A stretch of 64,000 bases of DNA. It comes from Rhodothermales bacterium (GTDB lineage Bacteria; Bacteroidota; Rhodothermia; Rhodothermales; DATKEJ01). The DNA lies in contig CBDFNN010000004.1 of assembly GCA_965250215.1 (NCBI GenBank), forward strand, positions 1,266,734 to 1,330,733, in the 5' to 3' direction. Position 1 is the first letter of the stretch; each line of letters starts with the position of its first letter. The notes beneath the pieces were generated by a model. That model was not told the DNA's origin, searched no databases, and saw only the letters and a list, made by a program, of their open reading frames with translations. A program made the translations under genes and the position numbers. This document shows positions 27,208 through 35,947 of the stretch, in pieces.

Positions 27208-29483
27208 TTTAATTCTATCTTGAGCCCAGCGGTAGGAAGAAATGGAAGCTGGTCTGTTCGCTTTTGGGTGAAAATGTCCAGCGCGAATATATTTCTTCGA
27301 TTGTAAACATTGATTACGCTGGCCTGCGCCGTCACTTTGGCATTTTTAGTCTCCCAAGTTCGATCCACCGAAATATCTAGTCGATGATAGGTTGGTAGAA
27401 CGCCCTGATAGGGCTCCTCATAAATAACTCGTTGCTCATCTTCTACATTGAAGATATCGACGACGCCATCTAGAAGGACAAAGCCATCAAATCCGAAGAC
27501 TCTATTGAAAGGTCGACCAGATCCGAAATTCCATCTAGCACTTAGATCGAATCCGAAAAGACTTGTCGCTACCAGTGTATTGAATTGATGTCTACGATCA
27601 TGAGGAGGACTGAATTCCAGTTCCTCAACGCCATACCATAATGGAATTGATGCTTGCTTGGCCGTGTACAGAACTTTTGACAGACCGTAATTGATAAATC
27701 CGTATAGCTTGGAAATCTGAAATTCTGCACGAACATCGAGGCCTGAGATTGAGCCGTCCGCCAGCTGAAGCCGAGAGGTGAACCGAGGAAAAGAAGTCCA
27801 TTCACCGATGTAGAGATTGTTCAGATCTTTGTAGTAGGCCTCGGCGGAGAACTCAAAGTTGTCAGAAGCGGCCAGTCGATATCCTGCGAGAGCGTGATAG
27901 GCAGTGGTAAGATCTGTGTTGGGTGCGCTGCGGTAGGTCGTGTAAACATTGTTCGCATCCCGCCTGTCATTAAGGCCGAACATATCTTGATGGTAAACAC
28001 CAGCAGCGGCGCTAAACTCGTGACGTCCTTTTTGGAAGACTGTTTTGAATCGAGGCTCAATAAATGAAGGATCATCTTGCCCAGGAAAAAGCTGTCCAAC
28101 AAAGCCAACTTGAACGTGCCAGTTCGGCGTGATATAAAAATCGGGTTCAACATACACTCCAGCTTTGTGGCGACGACCAAATCCAAATTCGACTCCCTGA
28201 AATAGTCCACCGAGAGCTGACTTTATTTCCGGAGGGCGCCAAAAGAAGCCCCAGTGCCATTCTGCAGTTCCAACGAAATTCGTGATGTTAACGGTGTAGG
28301 AAAGATTGCTCACGATCACCTTTCTGACGGGCTGTTCTCGCGGACCAAGTTCGGATTCATAAGTAGACTTTGAGAGAACGATCTCGCCTACAAATGGAAT
28401 TTGTTTCGGGAGAAATATATAGCGAATCCCAAGGGCGGTGTTATTCCAGCGTACCTCGTCCAATACCTGATCTTCGGTGGGCTCTCCAATAACCCCGCGA
28501 TCATGTGTTCGCAATCCCGTTATGGAGACTCTGTGGTTGGGCGTGACTACATAATGCAGCTTGGCAAATGAGTCACCGAAGTTGAAGGGGAGACTTTGAT
28601 CGACGTACTTTGCGGCGCCCTGTTCAATGAAGGATTGCCTAGCAGAAGCGAGGAAGGAAACCTTGTCCTTTACGATGGGACCTTCAGCTTTTAATGAGCT
28701 CACAAATGGGGAAATAGAAGCCGAGCCCTCGTAGTTTCTCAAGTTGCCGTTTCTCGAATAGATATCAATCACGGAGGAAATTCTCCCGGTAAACCTGCTA
28801 CTATGTCCGGCTGCATAGATATCGGCTCGATTGATAATGTCAGAGGGAAAAGCGGAATAGAAACCCAAAAGATGGAAGGGCTGATAGACATATATGCCAT
28901 CGAGAAGGATCATATTGTGGCTCGGCTCACCACCTCTGATATAGAGTTGTCCACCACGATCGCCGATCGAGACCACCCCAGGTAGCGTAGTCAAATAGCT
29001 AGCAAGATCTCCTGACACATCTACGGAAGGGACCACGTCAATGTCGGCCGCCCGAATCGTTTGTAGACCGGCGGTTTGACTTGCAGCACTGGTAATTCTT
29101 TCTGATTCGACTGTGACTTCTTCCATATTTGAAGCCTCCGTGTTCAGCTCAATATTGATGATCATGTCTTCTCCACGAACATCTATTGCCACGCTATAGG
29201 TCTCATATCCGACAAAGCTCACTCGAAGACTATAAGGGCCAGGTTCGACGCGAGAAATTACCCAAACGCCATCACCATTTGAGACTGCTCCTCGAAAAAT
29301 CCCAGTGTCGTTGTCCAAGACAACATTGACGCCTTGAAGGGCTTCACCGTTGCTAGCATGCGTTACGAATCCTCTAAGGATTGAGGTCTGCGCTGCCAGA
29401 TCGGTAGACAACAAGACAAGCATCGCAAATAAGAATACTTTCCTAGCTAACTTGGTCGATATGTTCGGAATCCTGCGAATCAT
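27204..29483 (-). CDS. TonB-dependent receptor with an N-terminal carboxypeptidase-regulatory-like domain
   Basis: 759 aa. Signal peptide. ILRGFVTHASNGEALQGVNVVL (CarbopepD_reg-like). Plug region DVSGDLASYLTTLPGV. Long beta-barrel ending GLKIELN. Confidence 0.85.
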   Translation of the reverse strand: MIRRIPNISTKLARKVFLFAMLVLLSTDLAAQTSILRGFVTHASNGEALQGVNVVLDNDTGIFRGAVSNGDGVWVISRVEPGPYSLRVSFVGYETYSVAIDVRGEDMIINIELNTEASNMEEVTVESERITSAASQTAGLQTIRAADIDVVPSVDVSGDLASYLTTLPGVVSIGDRGGQLYIRGGEPSHNMILLDGIYVYQPFHLLGFYSAFPSDIINRADIYAAGHSSRFTGRISSVIDIYSRNGNLRNYEGSASISPFVSSLKAEGPIVKDKVSFLASARQSFIEQGAAKYVDQSLPFNFGDSFAKLHYVVTPNHRVSITGLRTHDRGVIGEPTEDQVLDEVRWNNTALGIRYIFLPKQIPFVGEIVLSKSTYESELGPREQPVRKVIVSNLSYTVNITNFVGTAEWHWGFFWRPPEIKSALGGLFQGVEFGFGRRHKAGVYVEPDFYITPNWHVQVGFVGQLFPGQDDPSFIEPRFKTVFQKGRHEFSAAAGVYHQDMFGLNDRRDANNVYTTYRSAPNTDLTTAYHALAGYRLAASDNFEFSAEAYYKDLNNLYIGEWTSFPRFTSRLQLADGSISGLDVRAEFQISKLYGFINYGLSKVLYTAKQASIPLWYGVEELEFSPPHDRRHQFNTLVATSLFGFDLSARWNFGSGRPFNRVFGFDGFVLLDGVVDIFNVEDEQRVIYEEPYQGVLPTYHRLDISVDRTWETKNAKVTAQASVINVYNRRNIFALDIFTQKRTDQLPFLPTAGLKIELN

Positions 29484-29613
29484 GAGCTTCGAAAATGTAA
29501 CGAAGTCACAGTTATCGAATGGGGTATTTAATTGGGAGTAGGGATTCCAGATAACTGCTTAGCAGAGATCCGAATCAGAGGAAGATGAGACGTTAAAGAT
29601 TAGGTCGAAGTTC

Positions 29614-29695
29614 TTCGAAGCACTTATTTCCTTCCACTGACGGCAATTTGTAACAACCACTTGAATTGTGTGGAAGGAAATTGGCTGAGAAGAAT
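29614..29695 (+). repeat. Copy A of an ~80-nt intergenic element with conserved termini and an internal hairpin
   Basis: 5' end TTCGAAGCACTTATTTCCTTCCACT and 3' end GAAATTGGCTGAGAAGAAT match copy B. There is an 11-bp stem, TTTCCTTCCAC (29627-29637) with GTGGAAGGAAA (29670-29680). Confidence 0.8.
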
Positions 29696-29707
29696 TAAGA
29701 CCTAATC

Positions 29708-31108
29708 TTAACTAAATACATATGGCAATTGCACGATACAGAAGTAGCCGAAGACCAAAGCCGAAACGATTAGGAGCGCAAGGATTGACCAGTGAGGTTT
29801 GATCAATTCGTAGACTTCTTTTGCAAACATCTTAGGCATAACGAAATAGAGTACTACGGCGATCCAAATTGCTTGAAGTGGGGTCAATAGCAAACCATCC
29901 ATTAAGGCACCTATTTGCACGAGGAAGACCGGACGATCACCATCTCGGAACAGAATGATCAATACAAAGACGAGGAAAAAGAGGAGGAATCCGCGAAACT
30001 GCTTTTTCCACTCGAACTTGGCATCGAATCCAGGAATACAAAGTCGAAATGTATCTGCCATAAGTCTAGGCCAACCAGCCATCTGCCCTGTCAATGTCGA
30101 GATTAACGCAGCCGCACCACCTAGCAAGAAGAGGAAAGCGCCAAGCTCACCCCAATCCTTTTCGAACAAGCTGGAGAGCTGTCTCGCCAATTCACTGCTA
30201 CCCGGTGCCACTTCATTGGCGCCAAGAATTCCGTGTCCTGCAATAAGGAAGCAAGCGGTTACAACCGTTCCAATGACCAATGCGATTGCCGCATCGAAGT
30301 TGACAACCTTTAACCATCCCTTCAGCTTCTGACCATCTTCGCTTGTAAAAGATTGTAGGCGATCGAGATCCGCAGCCTTACCATAGCCCACTCCGTCTGT
30401 TGCGCCATAGCCCGCGCCGAGAACCCAGTACGTATACCAGACTTGGCTGGCAAATCCTCCGGCGCCCCATCCAATCAATGGAAGCATTTCTTTCCAGGGA
30501 TTTTCCGCCACGCCCTGAGCGATGGCCCATGCTGGTACTTGTGGAACTTGAGGAATAAGTCCGGCAAATAGATCTCCAATTGGGGGGAAGATTTTCACAG
30601 CGACAACCAATACTCCCAGAACGGTTACTCCTACTAGACCACTCATGACGATTTTCAGAATCGAAAAGTCACCGGTCCAAGCAATGCCTACTGCAAAAAG
30701 AGTGACGAGCAAGCCCATCGTCAATGTATCCATTCCAAAGATTTCACTCAAGAAAGATGCTGATGCAGCGGCAAGTCCCCCCATCGAGATACAACCCGCT
30801 ATTATTTGAACAACCAGAACGATCCAAACAGCCCAGTTCTTTGGACCAGGCACACGCGCAAACATATCTATCATGCCCTCGCCAGTGCAGACCGTATAGC
30901 GCGCTCCCGCCAGTCCGATGACAAATTTTAGAAAGACCCCTAAGGCAATCGCCCAGAGAACTCCGAGGCCCAAAATAGATCCGACTCTCGTCGCAACAAC
31001 GACTTCCCCAGATCCAATATATTCAGCCGCCCAGATAAGCGATGGTCCAGCGAGGGCGAAAATAGCTAAGCCAACCGGGGGCTTCTTTATTGTCAGGAGG
31101 TCGGACAT
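29708..31108 (-). CDS. Nramp-family-like transporter
   Basis: 466 aa. GPSLIWAAEYIGSGEVVVATRVGSILGLGVLW and about 11 hydrophobic segments. Paralogous to 10274..12052 but lacks the insertion. Confidence 0.75.
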   Translation of the reverse strand: MSDLLTIKKPPVGLAIFALAGPSLIWAAEYIGSGEVVVATRVGSILGLGVLWAIALGVFLKFVIGLAGARYTVCTGEGMIDMFARVPGPKNWAVWIVLVVQIIAGCISMGGLAAASASFLSEIFGMDTLTMGLLVTLFAVGIAWTGDFSILKIVMSGLVGVTVLGVLVVAVKIFPPIGDLFAGLIPQVPQVPAWAIAQGVAENPWKEMLPLIGWGAGGFASQVWYTYWVLGAGYGATDGVGYGKAADLDRLQSFTSEDGQKLKGWLKVVNFDAAIALVIGTVVTACFLIAGHGILGANEVAPGSSELARQLSSLFEKDWGELGAFLFLLGGAAALISTLTGQMAGWPRLMADTFRLCIPGFDAKFEWKKQFRGFLLFFLVFVLIILFRDGDRPVFLVQIGALMDGLLLTPLQAIWIAVVLYFVMPKMFAKEVYELIKPHWSILALLIVSALVFGYFCIVQLPYVFS

Positions 31109-31109
31109 C

Positions 31110-31144
31110 TGGTTTGTGGGTCTTGGTTCGTGGTGATTGGTCTC
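31110..31144 (-). repeat. Degenerate heptamer array, plus strand TGGTTTG TGGGTCT TGGTTCG TGGTGAT TGGTCTC
   Basis: Five TGG-phased units starting 2 nt from the ATG (31108-31106) of the minus-strand Nramp-like gene. On the sense strand the leader reads GAGACCA ATCACCA CGAACCA AGACCCA CAAACCA. Confidence 0.8.
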
Positions 31145-31326
31145 TAGCGTAGCAACAGTCAGTTCAAATAATACTCAACCTGATTAACAATCGCTCAAAT
31201 AAGAACGATCGAATCAATTCGGTTTCGGAACTCCGCACACCAGCAACCGCAAACTGCATTTTGTTCTAGTTTTCACCCAAGCTGCCGTTTGCCTATAATT
31301 AGAGCTTCATCTAAACCTGAAAAGAT

Positions 31327-33132
31327 TTGAATCTCCATCCCATAGATCTCGCCATCATCGGCGTCTACATCGTTGCCGTAGTCGTTGCCGGCCTCGTCCT
31401 TTCGAAACGAGCTTCCAAAGATCTCGACAGTTATTTTCTCGGCGGAAGAAACGTTCCATGGTACATGCTGGGAGTATCCAACGCCTCCTCGATGTTTGAT
31501 GTCACCGGAACGATGTGGCTGGTCTCGATCATGTTCATTTATGGATTAAAACTACCCTGGATACTGTGGCTATGGCCATTCTTCAATCAGGTATTCTCCA
31601 TGATGTACATGTCCAAGTGGGTACGTCGATCAAATGTATTGACTGGGGCAGAATGGATGGACACGAGATTTAGTAAAGGTAGAGGCCTGGATCTTTCAAG
31701 AATCGCAGTTCTTGTTGTGGCCCTCGTTGGGACCATCGGATTTCTTAGTTATGCATTCCAAGGTGTCGGCAAGTTTTCGAGTGTATTTTTCCCCTTTGAC
31801 CTATCGCCAGAGATGTATGCCCTCATCATAATGAGCATCACGACGACCTACGTTGTGGCTGGCGGAATGTATAGCGTTGTCTTCACCGACGTAATCCAGT
31901 TTGTCATCCTCACAATCATCTCGGTTGTAATTGGAGTTATCGCGATGGACAAGGTCTCGCCGGATATGATTGCCGCAATTGTGCCAGACGGATGGGGTAA
32001 TTTTTTCTTTGGATCAAGACTAGGCCTCGACTGGGCCTCGACCCTTCCTGCGGTTACTGAACGTATCTCGGACGACGGTTTCGAGTTTTTCTCGATCATT
32101 GTAATGGCATTCTTATTCAAAGGCGTATTGATATCGATGGCGGGGCCAACGCCAGGCTATGACATGCAGCGATCCTTAGCAGCGAAGTCTCCGAAACAAG
32201 CCAACATGATGAGCGCAATTGTGACATTCTGCACTGTGCCGAGATGGTTCATGGTTGCAGGTGTGTGTACTCTTGCTCTCGCATTCTACATGCCGGAGAT
32301 GCAAGCAGCTGGTCCGAATCTCGATTTCGAGCTAATCCTTCCTTGGGTGATCAGCGAATTTCTTCCTGTCGGATTAGTCGGACTCCTATTGGCAGGTCTC
32401 TTGGCAGCATTTATGTCTACCTTTGATTCTACGGTAAATTCGGGCGCAGCCTATTTAGTAAATGATCTCTATAAGGAATATTTTCGCCCCAATGAATCCA
32501 ATAAGACCTATATCAGAGCGTCTTATCTGGCTTCCTTTCTGGTTGTCGCCGTTGGTATCGCTTTTGGCTTTATGGCAGATAATATCAATTCGATCACTCA
32601 ATGGATTGTCTCTGGTTTGTATGGTGGATATACCGCTCCAAACCTCTTGAAATGGCATTGGTGGAAGTTGAATGGCAAGGGATATTTCGCTGGAATGATC
32701 TCTGGAATATCAAGCAGTTTACTCTACTCTGCAGGAGGAATAGTCGCACCCGAGACCTTTAGTCTGTCTGCCCTTGAGTTCTTTCCATTCCTACTAGCGA
32801 TCTCAACAATTTTCACTATCCTTGTGTCGCTCAAAACCGACCCAGATGATGAGGAGACTTTGCTGGCATTCTACAAGAATGTTAGGCCATGGGGATTCTG
32901 GGGGCCGATCAGGGAGAAAGCCATTGCAGAAGGCTTGGAAGATCCACAAAGAGATTTCTCCAGAGACGCAACGAATGTATTTGTGGGATTGATTTGGCAA
33001 ATGGCATTAATAGTCGCACCGATTCTACTCGTTGTATTTAACTACAAAGGAGCTGGCATTGCATTGGCCGTTTTGATTATTACGTCGTGGTTCTTGAAAA
33101 AGAATTGGTATGACGCGATGGAGGAAAATTGA
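31327..33132 (+). CDS. Sodium:solute symporter (SSS) family transporter
   Basis: 601 aa with a TTG start. Typical SSS N-terminus IDLAIIGVYIVAVVVAGLVLSKRASKDLDSYFLGGRNVPW and about 13-14 hydrophobic segments. Confidence 0.85.
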   Translation: MNLHPIDLAIIGVYIVAVVVAGLVLSKRASKDLDSYFLGGRNVPWYMLGVSNASSMFDVTGTMWLVSIMFIYGLKLPWILWLWPFFNQVFSMMYMSKWVRRSNVLTGAEWMDTRFSKGRGLDLSRIAVLVVALVGTIGFLSYAFQGVGKFSSVFFPFDLSPEMYALIIMSITTTYVVAGGMYSVVFTDVIQFVILTIISVVIGVIAMDKVSPDMIAAIVPDGWGNFFFGSRLGLDWASTLPAVTERISDDGFEFFSIIVMAFLFKGVLISMAGPTPGYDMQRSLAAKSPKQANMMSAIVTFCTVPRWFMVAGVCTLALAFYMPEMQAAGPNLDFELILPWVISEFLPVGLVGLLLAGLLAAFMSTFDSTVNSGAAYLVNDLYKEYFRPNESNKTYIRASYLASFLVVAVGIAFGFMADNINSITQWIVSGLYGGYTAPNLLKWHWWKLNGKGYFAGMISGISSSLLYSAGGIVAPETFSLSALEFFPFLLAISTIFTILVSLKTDPDDEETLLAFYKNVRPWGFWGPIREKAIAEGLEDPQRDFSRDATNVFVGLIWQMALIVAPILLVVFNYKGAGIALAVLIITSWFLKKNWYDAMEEN

Positions 33133-33134
33133 GC

Positions 33135-33155
33135 TGGTTTTTGGTTCATGGTTTA
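33135..33155 (+). repeat. Heptamer array TGGTTTT TGGTTCA TGGTTTA
   Basis: Three in-phase units beginning 3 nt after the SSS stop codon (33130-33132). Confidence 0.8.
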
Positions 33156-33247
33156 AGCCAAGATCCCAGAATGTTTATACAAGGGTATGTGAACTACATG
33201 AAGACTTGAATCGCGACATTAATCTTTCTTGAACTAATCATCCCATA

Positions 33248-34954
33248 GTGTCTAGTCCAGTGACCAATAACCAAAGACCAACAACCCAATTCGATGCAAT
33301 CGTTGTCGGCTCGGGCATCTCCGGCGGTTGGGCCGCGAAGGAGCTCTGCGAAAGGGGACTAAAGGTTTTATTGCTTGAGCGAGGTCGTGAGGTCATTCAT
33401 GGCAAAGACTATGTAAACGAACACAAGGCGGCCTGGGATCTACCCCACAAAGGACTAGGCGACCGGAATAAGTATCGCGAGGAATATCCTGTACAAAGCG
33501 AGTGCTACGCTTTCACAGAATGGTCTAAACCATTTTGGGTGAACGACAAAGAGCAGCCATATGAAGTGGACGAGGGGGGAGAATTCCTCTGGTTTCGAGG
33601 CAACCAACTAGGCGGGCGCTCATTGCTTTGGGCAAGACAATGTTATCGCTGGAGTGATCTCGACTTTGGAGCCAACTTGAATGACGGTCATGGCGTGGAC
33701 TGGCCCATTCGCTACAAAGATATCGAGCCTTGGTATTCCTACGTAGAAAAGTTTGCTGGTATCTCTGGCCGGCCAGAAGGAATGTCTCAGCTTCCTGACG
33801 GAGAGTTTCTCCCCCCGATGATGATGAACGTGGCAGAACAGAAAATTAAGTCTGGAATTGAGTCGGCCTATCCAGATCGTAGAATGACAATTGGAAGGGC
33901 GGCAGTATTGACTCAAGAGCATCTCGGTCGAGCTGCATGTCACTATTGCGGACCCTGTCAAAATGGTTGTAGCACTGGATCCTACTTTAGCAGCCAGAGC
34001 TCGACTCTACCTGCTGCTTTGGCGACTGGAAATCTGACAATTCAATGTGACGCCATCGTGGAGAGCGTTCTTTATGATGAGACAAACGATAGAGCAAAGG
34101 GTGTCAGATATATTGATGCAAAGAGTAAAGAAAGTCGAGAGCTAGAGGCCAAGATCATTTTTTTATGTGCTTCGACATTAGGTACAACACAGATTATGCT
34201 GAATTCGAAATCGAATCGATTTCCGACTGGCATTGCTAATTCGAGCGGAGTGTTGGGGCATTATCTCATGGACCACCTATTTGAGGCGGGGGCTAGGGGC
34301 GAGGTACCAGGTCTCGACGACAAGTATACTTTTGGCAATCGACCCAACGGCATCTATCTCATGCGATTTCGCAACCTGCTCGAAGGAAGGCAGCAAAATG
34401 ATTTTGTTCGAGGTTACGCCTACCAAGGATCTGCCTATCGATCGGGTTGGAAGAGAGCGGCAACAGCGCTGGGAATCGGCGCAGATTATAAAAATTCGAT
34501 TCGGGAGCCAGGGCCTTGGATGATGGATATCGAAGGATATTGTGAGATGCTCCCTAACTTTGACAATTATGCATACCTCGATGAATCCAAGACAGACCAG
34601 TGGGGCATCCCAATCTTGAGGATTAACTGCCTATGGGGCGAGAACGAGCTGACTATGATGCAAGATGCCATGACTCAGGCCGCGGAAATGCTTGTAGCAG
34701 CTGGCTGTAAGAATGTCGAGACCTATAACTATCACCCCAAGCCTGGTAGGAGCATTCACGAAATGGGTACCGCCAGGATGGGAAACGACCCAAAGACTTC
34801 AATTCTAAATCAGCATAACCAATGTCATGATGTACCGAATCTCTTCGTGACGGATGGTTCTGTCATGACCTCGTCCGCCTGTCAAAATCCAAGTATCACT
34901 TACATGGCCCTAACAGCTAGGGCGTGTGCCTATGCTGTTTCAATAATGCAATAG
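33248..34954 (+). CDS. GMC-family FAD-dependent oxidoreductase (gluconate-2-dehydrogenase flavoprotein-like), paralogue 1
   Basis: 568 aa with a GTG start. FAD fold DAIVVGSGISGGWAAKEL, plus CHYCGPCQNGC and the C-terminal HEMGTARMG...NLFVTDGS. No signal peptide. Confidence 0.9.
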   Translation: MSSPVTNNQRPTTQFDAIVVGSGISGGWAAKELCERGLKVLLLERGREVIHGKDYVNEHKAAWDLPHKGLGDRNKYREEYPVQSECYAFTEWSKPFWVNDKEQPYEVDEGGEFLWFRGNQLGGRSLLWARQCYRWSDLDFGANLNDGHGVDWPIRYKDIEPWYSYVEKFAGISGRPEGMSQLPDGEFLPPMMMNVAEQKIKSGIESAYPDRRMTIGRAAVLTQEHLGRAACHYCGPCQNGCSTGSYFSSQSSTLPAALATGNLTIQCDAIVESVLYDETNDRAKGVRYIDAKSKESRELEAKIIFLCASTLGTTQIMLNSKSNRFPTGIANSSGVLGHYLMDHLFEAGARGEVPGLDDKYTFGNRPNGIYLMRFRNLLEGRQQNDFVRGYAYQGSAYRSGWKRAATALGIGADYKNSIREPGPWMMDIEGYCEMLPNFDNYAYLDESKTDQWGIPILRINCLWGENELTMMQDAMTQAAEMLVAAGCKNVETYNYHPKPGRSIHEMGTARMGNDPKTSILNQHNQCHDVPNLFVTDGSVMTSSACQNPSITYMALTARACAYAVSIMQ

Positions 34955-35081
34955 GGTGAAGGTCCTTCTTGACCAATTTCCCTCCTTCCTTAGTCAGCTA
35001 GCATAGACGATCAGAGCCGGTAAATAAGTGTCTCGAAGAACCTTCCCCCATTGCATAAATTTTGGAAAATCAAGGTACATT

Positions 35082-35105
35082 CCGTCGATCCGTGATTCCG
35101 TGATT
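35082..35105 (+). repeat. Octamer array CCGTCGAT CCGTGATT CCGTGATT
   Basis: Three in-phase units in the 321-nt spacer upstream of the subunit-3 gene. Confidence 0.75.
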
Positions 35106-35145
35106 TTTATTCGCAAAAAGTACTGCATGAATATAGATGTTGTTT

Positions 35146-35225
35146 TTCGAAGCACTTTTTTCCGTCACTATATACATTGTGCATGGCATAAATTGATTCA
35201 GTTACAGAAATTGGCTGAGAAGAAT
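35146..35225 (+). repeat. Copy B of the ~80-nt intergenic element
   Basis: TTCGAAGCACTTTTTTCCGTCACT (35146-35169) and GAAATTGGCTGAGAAGAAT (35207-35225; 19/19 identical to copy A). The middle is divergent but of similar length. An imperfect stem is possible between TTTCCGTCACT and AGTTACAGAAA. Confidence 0.8.
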
Positions 35226-35275
35226 GACATCTGTATTTATCTCTGCTTACATTCGATAAAGCAAATCAGGGAATC

Positions 35276-35833
35276 ATGGAAAGAAGAAAAGCACTTGAGA
35301 GAATAGGATTACTAACCGGAGCCAGTTTATCAGCCCCCGTCTTAGCTGCAGCACTAGGTGGATGCAAAGCACCAGTCGCCAGTTACATTCCAGTAAATTT
35401 TGATGCCGACCTATTCCGGGCCCTCGGAATAATCTCGGACATAATCATTCCAGAGACCGACACGCCGGGAGCCAAGGAAGCTGGCGTCGACCAATTTATA
35501 GATCTCGCATTGTCTAGTGCCTTCGAGGAAAAAGACAAAGACCTTTTCATCGGTGGCATGAATCAGATGAACAATGATTCCCTGGGTGCATACGAACTGC
35601 CATTTGCAGATCTCGATTTAGAGAGGCAGACTCAAATTGTAACTGCCATGGATCAAAAGGCGTTTGAGGATATCGAGGCGGGTGTCCGTCCAAGACCCTT
35701 TTTCACCACGCTCAAACAAATAGTCCTCACCGGATATTACACGTCAGAAATTGGAGCGACACAGGAATTGAGATGGATCGTGGCGCCCGGTCGTTACGAT
35801 GGAGCTGCCGAGATGGGAAGAACTTGGGCTTAA
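35276..35833 (+). CDS. Gluconate 2-dehydrogenase subunit-3-family small subunit with a Tat signal
   Basis: 185 aa. Twin-arginine signal MERRKALERIGLLTGASLSAPVLAAALGGC. IIPETDTPGAKEAGV and LTGYYTSEIG are typical of the family. Confidence 0.85.
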   Translation: MERRKALERIGLLTGASLSAPVLAAALGGCKAPVASYIPVNFDADLFRALGIISDIIIPETDTPGAKEAGVDQFIDLALSSAFEEKDKDLFIGGMNQMNNDSLGAYELPFADLDLERQTQIVTAMDQKAFEDIEAGVRPRPFFTTLKQIVLTGYYTSEIGATQELRWIVAPGRYDGAAEMGRTWA

Positions 35834-35920
35834 GAAGCTCAGCTAGCTGAGCTGTGATGAGTGGGGGTTTTTGGGTGATGAGTCTCGCCCCGTACTTCAT
35901 TCACTTTCAAGAGCAAGCCC

Positions 35921-35940
35921 AAAACACAAAACACAAAACT
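35921..35940 (+). repeat. Heptamer array AAAACAC AAAACAC AAAACT
   Basis: About 2.9 units ending 7 nt upstream of ATG 35948. Confidence 0.8.
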
Positions 35941-35947
35941 GTTTCTC

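Noticed and set aside
35028-35306. 92-aa ORF in the spacer between GMC paralogue 1 and the subunit-3 gene
   Set aside because: The composition is odd (Cys/His/Ile/Phe-rich). It overlaps the octamer array, the ~80-nt repeat element and the start of the subunit-3 gene. It is most likely a chance ORF in A/T-rich spacer.
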